Translations under genes and position numbers: made by a program | Assembly (NCBI GenBank): GCA_043817315.1 | Contig: JBDRGY010000014.1 | Location: 8,690-72,689, forward strand | Direction of reading: 5' to 3' | Source of the DNA: Patescibacteria group bacterium | GTDB taxonomy: Bacteria > Patescibacteriota > Patescibacteriia > JBDRGY01 | Length of the DNA stretch: 64,000 bases | The notes under the pieces: model-generated | What the model was told of the DNA's origin: nothing | The model's input: the letters and a program-made list of their open reading frames with translations, nothing else | Database searches by the model: none | Part shown: in pieces, positions 8,801 through 18,500 of the stretch | How positions within the stretch are numbered: the stretch's first letter is position 1 | Layout of the letters: every line of letters starts with the position of its first letter

Positions 8801-11021
8801 TGACACCAGCTGTCCCGCCGATTTAGCTACCGGCTCGGCCACTTTTTCCAATACCCAAGGTTATGCCGGTTGGTACCCGATCAAATTGGATGAGGCCATT
8901 ACTCTAGATAGCGACATCAATTACCGGATAAATTTTACGGTTGATACAGCTAGTGATTGGGATATCGGTTATCATATTACTGACCCCAGTACTGAATCAC
9001 TGGAGGGAACTTCTTCTTACGGGGTGTTTGATGGTACTACTTATACTGACCGGGATTGGTCTTTTCGTTTGGCTAATCACGGACTCAACGCCGATGCCGA
9101 ACTGGAAAATCTTAATTCTACTTGGTATAACACGGAAAATGTTCAATCGGGTGCCTTTTTTGGCCGTTGGGCTTTTAAAATCTCGCCGACTGTTAATTCT
9201 ACTTTAAGCTCGGTCAGTTTATACGCCTATAAAGTGGGCAGTCCAACTGATAATTTGGAAGTGGCTATCCAAGCCGATTCATCAGGCAGTCCGGCCGGGA
9301 CCGACTTAGAATTAAAAACAGTGGCTGGCAGCAGCTTGACCACTAGTGCTACTTGGACGGACTGGACCGGCTTTTCTTACAGCCTAACCGCTGGAACTGA
9401 TTATTGGTTAGTGATTACCAGAACCGGTGGAGCCAGTACCGTTAATTACTACCGATTTATTTCCACCATTCATTATAATGATTTATTTCCCTTTAAAATT
9501 TTTAGCGGAGGATCCTGGTCGGGCAACAACACAGCCACTTCCATTGCCTCTAAGGTGACTACTTCCCAAGAAACTTTCAAAAACGAATTTTACAATACTT
9601 CCCAAGCTGTTAACGGTACTGATGAATGGCGTTCCCAGAGCATGGCGCCGGAAGTAGCCAAAAAAGTCAAAGGTTTTTTGGTGCCAGTCGGCGGTTACAA
9701 TTCGAATAATGATGCCACAGCCACCATGAGTTTGTATAGTGATTCCACGGGCAGCCCGGGTTCTGAATTATCCGGTACCAAATCAGAAATCAGACGTCAA
9801 TACCAAGACGATTCTTTGACCGAAACCGGTTTACTGGTTTGGGAGTTTGCTGATACTTACACTATGTCGGCTGATACCCGTTATTGGATTGTCCACAAAG
9901 CGTTAGATGGTACTGCCAGTAACGAAAGTTATTGGCTGGAGGATACTTGGAGGACAGAATCGGATAGTTGGAAAGGGACGACTGAAGGAGCCAAGCATAC
10001 TACCAGTGCAGGGAGTTCTTGGTCCGACCGGGCCTTTGATTTCGATCTTTGGGCGATTGTTGATCCTTATGGCCCCAAATCAGTGGACTGGCGTTTTTAC
10101 GGAGACGAAGCCAGCACTACCCCTAGCTCACCTTACGCGGCGGAAAATACCGCTCCTGACGGGACGATCGGAGACGGCGATGTCTTTAAATTAAGACTAA
10201 CCTTGGATGAGGAAACGGGCACCGGAATTGCTAACAGCAAAAAAAGAATCCAATATGATACGGCTTCCGATTTTTCCGGCACCCCAACTTATGTTGGAGA
10301 GTCCGGTTCGGCAACCATCTGGCGTTATTCCACTTCCTGTGGTGGGGCGGACAATGGTGCCTTAGCCGGTACGGTGATTTCCGGCACCCCAACAGCTGGC
10401 ACTTACAATGAATCTGGCACCAGCACTACTACTTATGACCATGAAGCATCTACCCTGACAGAGTTTGAATTTTGTATTGAAAATAATAGTGCTACGGCCG
10501 CTACCCCATATTATTTTCGGGCTTACGACGTAGCTACGGATGAGGCAATTGATAAAGCTAGCGGAGAAACTTTCCCCAGCCTAACGACGGCCACTTATTC
10601 ACTGCAGATTTTGGCCGAAGACAAAAATATTGGCTTTACCGATTATGGTTTACCGGGCAGTGGTACCTCTACCCATGTTTTTACTTCTGATGAGGAAATT
10701 ATCGCTTCAGACTGGACAGGATCTGGCATCGGTTGGTCAGTTACAGCTTCGGCCACTGATTTGGATAACGGAGAAGAAACAATCGACAACAGCAATATCG
10801 ATTGGACCACTGGCACTATCTGGGCTCTTTATGGAGCTGATACCACCAGTGTGACGACCGCTTGTGCTCCCTGTAATTTAAATTCTGAGCAAACTATTTT
10901 TTCCGCTGCTTCCGGTTACGGGAAAGGCAGTTATTATATCCAACCGACTGTTGTTCTTACCCTCAGTGAAAGTGAATTTATCGGAAACTATGTTTCTGAA
11001 GTAACTTTAACGATTTCTTAG
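5883..11021 (+). CDS. Giant secreted surface protein (1712 aa) with an internally duplicated domain
   Basis: Signal peptide MRDKVFKTINLVCLIGLVLSTIPSAA. Composition is rich in Thr/Ser/Asp/Gly. An approximately 120-aa domain (W.RY....CGG.D...........Y.ESG...TYDH....L.E.EFC.EN...T....YYFR.YD) occurs twice. Confidence 0.6.
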   Translation: MRDKVFKTINLVCLIGLVLSTIPSAAIDSWLGSFGLVKNEVQAGIIEPLIETDWHPFTDNAVRKKNEDGTWTANFFENKRYIDYQGRWQLKKDLLTVKVGDNAEIIFNWGDREFQLVPYTYFHGEKYRYENLNSLVKEQIDLQAEIKDIEGGKKWSHTLNKAKYLDKVGFVFEPAGLIVKKNDTLLALDDFLYLSFNDLLQSGYDIELTDQELVVANLKEGLNILDPNFNSTAAADGQLTRSFPSGTNDAAYPSADPTNIGDDLEFLPFGETSQYFRGYFSFDTSSIPDGDLSSISGASLYTYVEAFVRSSRYTPPLGWAYDYMCDTDDIGASLDTGDWDLSSPVNCVAANNWGGPGNEGWKSPSIGGGNVNKTGDTDIEIKQYYGTTAGKRAYAQVTMTEDGGANIPYLTVTYTEYDPVQKNWRWYDDEWDSRAERIYIVDDYDAQAYASCDTDGTFAGSESEFTSGDYGNIDEDDANLVLDGNSVENEYTYHRFVFTIDGSISDIYQVDVTWKGYAEDDDINYGHSLWIEENSTWTERDSGTSSSKETLSYSYTSGFGDIISGGTMEVAAQADVTSGGFNTLRSYYAEVKVYYNTLNEDLGAENAEAYKNPIFWDQTLKLRVTLENEGAIAGDNIRKALQYSTDESSWTDVSENDAGTPNLWRYGDPIKCGGTDDAVLPALLLTDSDTLATHNESGDDASTYDHAVADLAEYEFCLENYAATPDTLYYFRVYDNGLGEEVPLDTSETHPQLTTSEVPVRSGPDGVFTHYTINQIYDNDQLAMKFLAPDDLADWKIAFWGSEFGTVTDSLKVDVCQATEDDVFDANCLVLDTASIDPSAIKDWQADMAYTYDIVEGNYYWLHFYEDGTAGDSTNNFRVRSVSSRIKKEIAQFTTDGWTGTTEMGSTTIRIKDGSATDKRIYPMYVGSDQELYTADTYQIYSPRADLTVNYVYLKLAGRDNTGGDISLSICNHDTSCPADLATGSATFSNTQGYAGWYPIKLDEAITLDSDINYRINFTVDTASDWDIGYHITDPSTESLEGTSSYGVFDGTTYTDRDWSFRLANHGLNADAELENLNSTWYNTENVQSGAFFGRWAFKISPTVNSTLSSVSLYAYKVGSPTDNLEVAIQADSSGSPAGTDLELKTVAGSSLTTSATWTDWTGFSYSLTAGTDYWLVITRTGGASTVNYYRFISTIHYNDLFPFKIFSGGSWSGNNTATSIASKVTTSQETFKNEFYNTSQAVNGTDEWRSQSMAPEVAKKVKGFLVPVGGYNSNNDATATMSLYSDSTGSPGSELSGTKSEIRRQYQDDSLTETGLLVWEFADTYTMSADTRYWIVHKALDGTASNESYWLEDTWRTESDSWKGTTEGAKHTTSAGSSWSDRAFDFDLWAIVDPYGPKSVDWRFYGDEASTTPSSPYAAENTAPDGTIGDGDVFKLRLTLDEETGTGIANSKKRIQYDTASDFSGTPTYVGESGSATIWRYSTSCGGADNGALAGTVISGTPTAGTYNESGTSTTTYDHEASTLTEFEFCIENNSATAATPYYFRAYDVATDEAIDKASGETFPSLTTATYSLQILAEDKNIGFTDYGLPGSGTSTHVFTSDEEIIASDWTGSGIGWSVTASATDLDNGEETIDNSNIDWTTGTIWALYGADTTSVTTACAPCNLNSEQTIFSAASGYGKGSYYIQPTVVLTLSESEFIGNYVSEVTLTIS

Positions 11022-11054
11022 TTGTCAGGGAGGAATAGCTAAACGAAAGGACCA

Positions 11055-11083
11055 TTGCTTTACCTGTTTTTTTGTGCTAGAAT
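11055..11083 (+). promoter_or_regulatory. Sigma70-type promoter (TTGCTT-17-TAGAAT)
   Basis: TTGCTT followed by a 17-nt spacer ending in TG, then TAGAAT. It is embedded in a 40-nt motif that recurs at 12221-12260. Confidence 0.4.
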
Positions 11084-11105
11084 AATATAACAAGTTGAAT
11101 AAATA

Positions 11106-12047
11106 TTGACTGAATATAAGGATAAGACTATGAAAAGAAAGACAGTTGGGAAAATAATCGTCCTGATGTTGATTATTCTTTTCGGCCTTGTAGGTGTTGC
11201 TCAGGCTTATGATCTCAATGCTTTTGATTTTGTGGTCTATGGTGATTCCCATGCTGGTTATGAACCAGCTGTGCCTATTCATGAGGCAATCCTGGCCGAA
11301 ATCGAGACCATTGAACCAGATCTGATTTTACACACCGGTGATTATACTCATGGCGATGATCCGACAACTTGCGCCATATTCGAAGAAGTTACCCAACGGG
11401 TTAGAAGTAATTACCCATATTATTTGACTACTGGAAACCATGATGAAGATAAAGTGTGCGCTGTAGACTCCTATCATTTCAACTTCAAAGATGCCTTATT
11501 TGTTTCTCTGAAAGTCCCGAAATTTACTGACAAACTCTCCGTTGAAAGGTTTAATTGGCTAAAGAGTCTGATAAAAAATTCGGCCAAACGCTTTAAATTC
11601 GTATTTTTTCACAATCCGCCTTATTCCACAGGAATTAGAGGATGCAATACCACCATTCGAGAACAAATCAGTGATCTTCTGGATAACTACCGGGTAGATG
11701 TAGTTTTCAACGGTCATGCTCATGGTTATGAGCGGTTCACTGTCGGTAATGTTAAATACGTAGTAACCGGAGGAGGTGGAGGAGTGCCCCACGATCTGGG
11801 TACTATTAATTGTACAAACCCGATTAATTCGCTACAGTATTCGGAAGAAACTTATAACTACGTTAAAGTTCAGGTTAAAACTAACAGTTTGACACTAGAG
11901 GCCTATAACACTGATGGGGAAATGATCGATACCATGTCGATAGTCAAGCCGCCAGTTAAGAAAAAAATATTAGCTTCAGCCATTGAAAAACCTCTAACCA
12001 TCTTTAAAAGAGGTTTGACCAAGATCAAGGATATAATGGGATTCTAG
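11106..12047 (+). CDS. Secreted calcineurin-like metallophosphoesterase
   Basis: Motifs GDSHAG, HTGDYTHGDD, TGNHDE and GHAHGYER, with an N-terminal signal/TM segment. Confidence 0.75.
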   Translation: MTEYKDKTMKRKTVGKIIVLMLIILFGLVGVAQAYDLNAFDFVVYGDSHAGYEPAVPIHEAILAEIETIEPDLILHTGDYTHGDDPTTCAIFEEVTQRVRSNYPYYLTTGNHDEDKVCAVDSYHFNFKDALFVSLKVPKFTDKLSVERFNWLKSLIKNSAKRFKFVFFHNPPYSTGIRGCNTTIREQISDLLDNYRVDVVFNGHAHGYERFTVGNVKYVVTGGGGGVPHDLGTINCTNPINSLQYSEETYNYVKVQVKTNSLTLEAYNTDGEMIDTMSIVKPPVKKKILASAIEKPLTIFKRGLTKIKDIMGF

Positions 12048-12225
12048 CCGACGGAGCTTTATCGGGAGGTCGTTTTTATTATAATACAACCCTTGGTTTA
12101 TTCCGGAAGAGTATTTACTTTTTTAGACGGTCTGTTTTAATGGCCCTGAATAGAGTTATAATAAATCTACTGTAGCCATTACGATATTATGATATTATGA
12201 TAAAGAGAAATTTCTCGGGGGACCG

Positions 12226-12254
12226 TTGCTTTCCCTGTTTTTTTATGCTATAAT
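12226..12254 (+). promoter_or_regulatory. Sigma70-type promoter with extended -10 (TTGCTT-17-TGcTATAAT)
   Basis: TTGCTT at 12226-31, a 17-nt spacer, and TATAAT at 12249-54 preceded by TGC. It lies upstream of tRNA-Val and lepB. Confidence 0.45.
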
Positions 12255-12302
12255 ACTATTACTTTTAGCTAATTTAAGGGAAAAAACAGGGAGTTCCAGC
12301 TC

Positions 12303-12379
12303 GGGCGGCTAGCTCAGCTGGTCAGAGCGTACGGTTCACATCCGTAAGGTCACAAGTTCGAGTCTTGTGCCGCCCACCA
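12303..12379 (+). tRNA. tRNA-Val (anticodon CAC)
   Basis: Manual cloverleaf: acceptor GGGCGGC/GCCGCCC, D-stem GCTC/GAGC, anticodon stem TACGG/CCGTA with loop TTCACAT, T-arm ACAAG-TTCGAGT-CTTGT, discriminator A, and an encoded CCA. Confidence 0.85.
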
Positions 12380-12398
12380 TAAATAATATAATAATAAA

Positions 12399-13046
12399 AT
12401 GCTAGGACAGCTAGGCAAACCAAAGAGTTTAGAAAAACAGAAGATAGAGGAAGAGATGTCCAAAGAGGAAATCACTCCTCCTTTTTGGAAATCAGTCAGT
12501 AGTTTCGTTGTCGAAGTATTGAAGATAGTGATTATCTCTCTGGTGATTATTATTCCAATTCGTTATTTCCTGATCAAGCCTTTTTATGTAAAAGGTGCTT
12601 CTATGGAACCCACCTTTTACGATCACGAGTATCTGGTAATTGACGAAATATCCTATCGTTTTAAAGACCCGGCCAGAGGTGATATTGTAGTTTTCCGTTA
12701 TTCAGAAGACACTTCCCAGTTTTTTATCAAAAGATTGATTGGATTGCCTGGAGAGACTGTAGAAATTTCCCAGGGAGAGGTGGTTATTTACAATGGACAT
12801 GACAGTCAAGGCACCACCCTGGATGAGACCGCTTATCTGGATACCAATGTAACTACTTCCGGGGACGTCTTGGTCAATTTGGCCAGCCAAGAATACTTTG
12901 TATTAGGCGATAACAGGCCCTACAGTTTAGACTCCAGGCGCATTGGCAACATCACCCGGGAAGATATCATTGGTAAGACCTGGATAAGAGCCTGGCCTTT
13001 TTACAAATTTAAACATTTTAATAATCCTGAATATAACTTTGAATAA
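12399..13046 (+). CDS. lepB: Signal peptidase I
   Basis: N-terminal TM helix, the GASMEPTF box with catalytic Ser, the RLIGLPGE region containing the catalytic Lys, and GDNRPYSLDSR. Confidence 0.8.
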   Translation: MLGQLGKPKSLEKQKIEEEMSKEEITPPFWKSVSSFVVEVLKIVIISLVIIIPIRYFLIKPFYVKGASMEPTFYDHEYLVIDEISYRFKDPARGDIVVFRYSEDTSQFFIKRLIGLPGETVEISQGEVVIYNGHDSQGTTLDETAYLDTNVTTSGDVLVNLASQEYFVLGDNRPYSLDSRRIGNITREDIIGKTWIRAWPFYKFKHFNNPEYNFE

Positions 13047-13052
13047 GACAGT

Positions 13053-14417
13053 ATGCCACGTAAACCTACAAAAAAAGAAAAGACAGCTCTAGCTAATCTG
13101 GAGACCGAGCCCAAAAACAAAGCACATCAAGCTCATCTCCTAAAAGGGATGAAAGATATCTTGCCGGCCGATCAGAAATATTGGGACTTTATTTTTGATA
13201 AAGTCAGGTCTATGGCCACTGATTATGGATACTCCAGGATTGAGACGCCGATAATGGAAGAAACCGGCTTGTTCGTCCGTGCGGTAGGAAAAGAAACAGA
13301 TATTGTGGAGAAAGAAGTATATTCCTTTGCCGACAAGGGCGAAGAAAACGTAACCCTTAGGCCGGAAAATACAGCGGCAGTTGCCAGGGCCTATATCGAA
13401 CACGGCTTTCTGGCTCAACCCCAACCGGTTAAGCTTTTTTATTTTGGACCCTTTTTCCGCTACAGTCGCCCTCAGTCCGGCCGCTACAGACAGTTTTGGC
13501 AGTTTGGTTTTGAGGTGATTGGCGAAGATCATCCTATTGTCGATGCCCAATTAATATTCCTGGCCTATAAGATTTTAGAAGAGATTGGGTTGAAAGTGTC
13601 TGTTCAGGTAAACAGTATCGGCTGCCCCAGTTGCCGGGAAAACTTTCAGCAGGTATTGATCGAGTATTTCCGCTCCAAACGTAAATCCCTTTGCGAGGAC
13701 TGCAAAAGGAGATTATCGAAAAATCCTTTACGCCTTTTGGATTGCAAGGAACCAGCCTGCCAAGAGGTCGCCCAAGACAGTCCCCAGATTGTCGATTACC
13801 TTTGCGAGGAATGTCGTGAGCATTTTGTTAAAGTCTTGGAATATTTGGACAGCCTAGATATTTCTTATACCCTAAACCCCCATTTAGTGCGAGGATTGGA
13901 TTACTACACTCGTACCGCTTTTGAGATTTGGCCAGAGGGCGAAGACCTAACAGCCCAATCCGCTTTGGGTGGTGGGGGGCGCTATGACAATTTAATTGAA
14001 CAGGTAGGAGGAAGACCAACGTCTGCCTCCGGGTTTGCCTGCGGCATCGAAAGAATAATCATCCGCCTTAAAGACAAGAACATCCCAGTGCCCGGCAAAC
14101 CAGCCCCGGATATTTTTCTGGCCCAACTGGGAGTCTCGGCCCGCAAAGAATGCCTCAAGCTGTATGAGAGAATGCGCAGCGAAAAAATAAAAGTGGCAGA
14201 AGACTTTTCTCAAGACAGTATCAAGGACCAGCTGGCCAGAGCTTCCAAGTTGAAGGCTAAACTATCTTTGATCCTGGGCCAGAAAGAGATTTTAGATGGC
14301 ACCATTCTGGTTCGAGACATGGAAAACGGAATTCAAGAGGTAGTTGACTATTCCAAAATAATTCCCGAAATCCAAAAAAGATTGGACAAAATCAACAATA
14401 CAGCCAACAATAATTAG
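13053..14417 (+). CDS. hisS: Histidyl-tRNA synthetase with a Cys-rich insertion
   Basis: Class II aaRS motifs (FYFGPFFRYSRPQSGRYRQFWQFG, GGGRYDNL) and a C-terminal anticodon-binding domain. The insertion contains four CxxC-like pairs (CPSC, CEDC, CKEPAC, CEEC). The real start may be the internal M at MKDILPAD. Confidence 0.85.
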   Translation: MPRKPTKKEKTALANLETEPKNKAHQAHLLKGMKDILPADQKYWDFIFDKVRSMATDYGYSRIETPIMEETGLFVRAVGKETDIVEKEVYSFADKGEENVTLRPENTAAVARAYIEHGFLAQPQPVKLFYFGPFFRYSRPQSGRYRQFWQFGFEVIGEDHPIVDAQLIFLAYKILEEIGLKVSVQVNSIGCPSCRENFQQVLIEYFRSKRKSLCEDCKRRLSKNPLRLLDCKEPACQEVAQDSPQIVDYLCEECREHFVKVLEYLDSLDISYTLNPHLVRGLDYYTRTAFEIWPEGEDLTAQSALGGGGRYDNLIEQVGGRPTSASGFACGIERIIIRLKDKNIPVPGKPAPDIFLAQLGVSARKECLKLYERMRSEKIKVAEDFSQDSIKDQLARASKLKAKLSLILGQKEILDGTILVRDMENGIQEVVDYSKIIPEIQKRLDKINNTANNN

Positions 14418-14427
14418 CCAGATCAAA

Positions 14428-14766
14428 ATGGCCGATTGTATTTTTTGTCAAATAGTTACCCAAAAGATTCCTGCCCAAATAGTTTACCAGGACGAAAACT
14501 ATTTGGCCTTTTCAGATATTAAACCAGCAGCACCTGTTCATCTGCTAATAATTCCTAAAAAACATTTAGAACTGAAAGATTTTGAAGAAGGACAACCCGA
14601 TTTGCCGGTTGCCGTAGTTAAAATAGCCAAACAGTTAGCCAAGGACCACAACATTGATCAGAGCGGCTACCGTTTGGTAATCAATAACGGTAAAGATGCC
14701 GGGCAAGAAGTAGCCCATCTTCATTGGCATCTCTTGGGCGGCCAGCGCCTAGGGCCGATCACCTAA
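14428..14766 (+). CDS. HIT-family (histidine triad) nucleotide hydrolase
   Basis: HLHWHLLGG histidine-triad motif in a 112-aa protein. Confidence 0.8.
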   Translation: MADCIFCQIVTQKIPAQIVYQDENYLAFSDIKPAAPVHLLIIPKKHLELKDFEEGQPDLPVAVVKIAKQLAKDHNIDQSGYRLVINNGKDAGQEVAHLHWHLLGGQRLGPIT

Positions 14767-14768
14767 CC

Positions 14769-14797
14769 GACGTTGACGAATTTGGAGGAAATTAGTA
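14769..14797 (+). promoter_or_regulatory. Sigma70-type promoter (TTGACG-17-TATACT)
   Basis: TTGACG, a 17-nt spacer, then TATACT, upstream of rpsU. The SD GGGGGTG precedes a TTG start. Confidence 0.35.
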
Positions 14798-14850
14798 TAC
14801 TATAAGAGATAATTCATAAATAAATCTGTAAGTTAGGGGGTGAATATAAC

Positions 14851-15099
14851 TTGGTCGAAGTTAAGAGGAAAGACGGGGAGACCCCGGAGAGCTTGCTGCG
14901 TCGTTTTAGCAAAAAAGTGCAGCAAAGCGGTGTTTTGATACGCGCCAAGAAGAATCGTTTCTACGAACGTCCCAAAAATAGAAGAGCCATTAAGGAAGAC
15001 GCTATCCGCCGCAAGGCTATCCGTGATAAAAAAGACTATTTACGTAAGATTGGCAAGCTAGAGGAGTTTGAAAAAAGCCTGCGCAAGAGGAGAAGCTAA
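14851..15099 (+). CDS. rpsU: 30S ribosomal protein S21 (TTG start)
   Basis: VEVKRKDGETPESLLRRFSKKVQQSGVL...RFYERP matches the S21 family. Confidence 0.85.
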   Translation: MVEVKRKDGETPESLLRRFSKKVQQSGVLIRAKKNRFYERPKNRRAIKEDAIRRKAIRDKKDYLRKIGKLEEFEKSLRKRRS

Positions 15100-15103
15100 A
15101 AAC

Positions 15104-15556
15104 ATGAAAACATCAGAACAAATCGAACAAGATTTGAAAAAAGCTCAAAAAGCCAAAGATGAAGTCAGCCTGACAACCTTGCGTATGCTGAAATCGGCCC
15201 TCCACAACCAGGAGATTAGCCTCAAGCAGAAGGAATTAAAAGACGGAGAGGTGCTTAAGGTAGTGGCTACCGAAGTGAAGAAGCACAAAGACTCTATTGA
15301 GGCCTATCGCCAGGGGGAGCGAGGTGATCTGGCCAAAAAGGAAGAAGTAGAATTAGCCATTTTGGAAAAGTACCTTCCAGAGCAACTGGGTGATGAGGAG
15401 ATCAGGCGGGTGGTGGCTGAAATTTTGGATAAGAATCCAGAACTAAAAGATCCCAAAGCTTTCGGCAAGGTCATGAGTCAAGTGATGGCTCAATTAAAGG
15501 GTCAGGCCGATGGCCAAATAGTTAATCAAATCGTTAAAGAGCTTATCAATTCTTAG
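15104..15556 (+). CDS. yqeY: GatB/YqeY-domain protein
   Basis: MKTSEQIEQDLKKAQKAKDEVSLTTLRMLKSAL..., in the conserved rpsU-yqeY arrangement. The in-frame ATG at 15104 is preferred over the track start at 15068, which overlaps rpsU. Confidence 0.75.
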   Translation: MKTSEQIEQDLKKAQKAKDEVSLTTLRMLKSALHNQEISLKQKELKDGEVLKVVATEVKKHKDSIEAYRQGERGDLAKKEEVELAILEKYLPEQLGDEEIRRVVAEILDKNPELKDPKAFGKVMSQVMAQLKGQADGQIVNQIVKELINS

Positions 15557-15557
15557 T

Positions 15558-18500
15558 ATGACAGGGAGGAATAAAATATTTCAGGGAATTTTGGCTGGGT
15601 TGTTTTTGTCTTCCTTGATTTTAGCTGGCAGCTACTTTGTTTTGCCGGAAACTTCTTTAGCCGGTTCCATAGATATGACAGTCGGGGGCAGTTTAGGATA
15701 CGGCCCCTCTGATTTATTACAGACAGTAGTTTTGATCGTGCGCTGGGCCTTGGGCTTATTGGCTTTAGTGGCGGTCATTTTTATTATATATGGTGGTTAT
15801 CTCTGGCTGTCTTCCCGAGGCAACGAAGAGCAGGTGATGAAGGCCAAGCGGGTGTTACGGGATGCCGTAATCGGTATAGTTATTGTGTTACTAGCCTGGG
15901 CCATTGTTACTTATATTATCGGGGTAGTGGGTAACGCTACCAACGGTGAGGGCGGTTCCTCGGGCTGTGGTCTGCCTGATCAGTGTGTTCATTGTGATAC
16001 TTGGTGTAATGCAGACGGATCCACTTCCTATGATCCAGATAATTGCCATTACTTATGTAATTTACCGTCCAGCGGTTTTAAGGTGCGCTGGACTCAACCC
16101 CGGAATGATGATGAAAACGTAACCATTTGTACTGTGATCCAGGCAGGATTCAACGAGACGGTCAATTCCTCTGCTGCCAGCGTAAACACCGGCACTTTTA
16201 GTATCTACCCCACGGGGTCACCGGCAGATATTATTGATGGCACCTTTACCATAGTAGACAAGGTAATAGATTTCATGCCCACTGACTTTTTGGCCATTAA
16301 TACAGCCTACACTTTTAAAATAGAAGGAGTTCTAAATTTGGACGGTGAAGAGGTGGATCCCAAGACAGTTTATTTTACAACAGGCGAGGAAGTAGATGAG
16401 ATACCTCCCATAGTAAATTTGACTGACCCTATTCACGACCAAGGCGAAGTTTGTACCAATACCAATATAGCAGCTGTCTTTAACGAGCCGATTAGAGTGA
16501 TCACTGTTCATGATGGAGCCGAGGATCCAGAGCCCAGTGTCCGCTTCTTCAAGAATTATGACACCGCAGCAGAACTGGAATTGCCCTATCGCGACAACAT
16601 TCATTTTCCGGATGCCTCCAGCTTTATTGCCAAGCCGTTGGATTTACCCCTAGACTCATTTACCGATTACAGTGCCTATCTGGTAGGCGGCGAAATAAGC
16701 AATGCCATTACGGATGTTTGCGGCAATCAGCTGGATGGAGGTGGCGGTCCTCATTTTGGCGGGGTTCCCAACGGAACAGTGGATCCTCCTGATACGGATC
16801 GCTATGTCTGGGATTTTGAAACCGGTGATAATCCGGAGTGTACGCCGGAGATTACGGGAATTAGTCCCACTGAAGGATATTATACGGAAACTAACGTTAC
16901 TATTGACGGTTATTATTTAGGCATCACTGGCGATGTAGTCTTTAAAAACCGGGTTTATGATAAACAAAACTGTTTTGATGGAGAACACTATCCAACTGAA
17001 GATTGTGTCACTCAGTGGTTTTCCACTCAAATTAAGATAGATACTCCGGTTGGCTCCGAAGACAACGGCAATATTAAAGTAGATAATGGTTTTGAAACAG
17101 CTACTTCAGAACAAACCTACCAAGTGCTCAGTCCCTTTATTAATTGGATCAGCCCAAAACGAGGAGGAGTGGGACAATACGTCACTATCAAGGGGGAGAA
17201 TTTCGGGGATATCAAGGGTAATGTCTGGTTTAGAAGGCCCTCTGACAGAGCCGAAGTGTTGGGTATTTTCCCACCAGAAGCCCAATGCGGTGTTACCTGG
17301 TGGAACGATAAGATAATTATTACTGTACCCCCCGGTTTCAATGTGGATGATGATTTGGTTATTCAGGTGGAAACAGCTCCCGTTGATCCTAAATGGAGCA
17401 ATCAAAAAGATTTTAAATTTACTGATGATCCTCCGGGACCCGGTTTATGTTTAGTGGAACCAGACTGCGGCTCGGCCGGTGAAGAAGTAAGTCTCTATGG
17501 AGAGAAATTCGGTGATTATGAAGATGGAGTAACCGTAGTTAATTACGATGAATATCAAGCAGCAGGCTATCCGGGTGCCGGCTGGAGCGATCAACACATC
17601 AGAGCTCAATCACAAGCTAGTTTAGCCAACGATGGCTATACCTTGCGAGTCTTTAACGCCGCCGGAAACAGCAATCCCATGCCTTATGATATTCCTTGTG
17701 GCGGCGCTCCCTATATAATCAATGACACTTCTTGCGATCCGGATTTAGATCTCTGGCCCTCACCTAATCCCAGGCCCAATTCTACCGATGTCTGCAAAAA
17801 CGCCGTAGTCAACGCCCGTTTTGGTCCCGAGAATCAATGTATCGGCGGAGCTGATGAGGGTGAAACTTGTACTGTCGATGCTGATTGTGACAGCAACCAA
17901 TGCGGTATGGAGATGAATGGAGGTACTCTTGCCGGCAACGTCATTCTAGAAGTGTGTAATGCGGGTGGCAGCTTTGATGCCACTGCCTGTGCTGATTTAG
18001 GCGGCACTCTTACTTTTTACGCCCCCAATCAATTTACCCTAGACCCAGCCGCCGCTTTTGTGGCGGACACTTGGTATCAAGCAACAGTCAATAAAGAAGT
18101 AGAATCCTCAACAGGAGCCAAGATGAACAGTGACTACAGCTGGCACTTCAAGATAAAAGAAGACGGTAGTGACTGCCCGGTAGCCTTTGTCAATTTATAT
18201 GATGACGGCCCTGATCCGGTTGGAGAAATAAATTATATTATTGCAGCCGAAGGAGATAACTTCGAGGATTATCATGCCGCTCCTTTTGCCGAAGATTGTA
18301 CTCCGCTGGCAGCTGGTGGCTACACCTATTTATGGTCTTCTTTCAACACTGGTGTGGCCCAGGTGGCGGCTACCACTGTTCCGGCCAACAAAGCTACGGC
18401 CGTGGCCAACGGCTATACCTATGTCAAAGTAGAAACCGAAGGTAAATCAGACCGGGAAAGGTTAACTGTCAATTACTGCGATGCCTCTACAGATTGTACG

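Noticed and set aside
12232-12291. Inverted repeat CCCTGTTTTTTT / AAAAAACAGGG considered as an RNA hairpin or attenuator before tRNA-Val
   Set aside because: The upstream arm lies in the promoter spacer, upstream of the predicted TSS, so it cannot be in the transcript. It could still be a DNA-level operator, but there is no further support.
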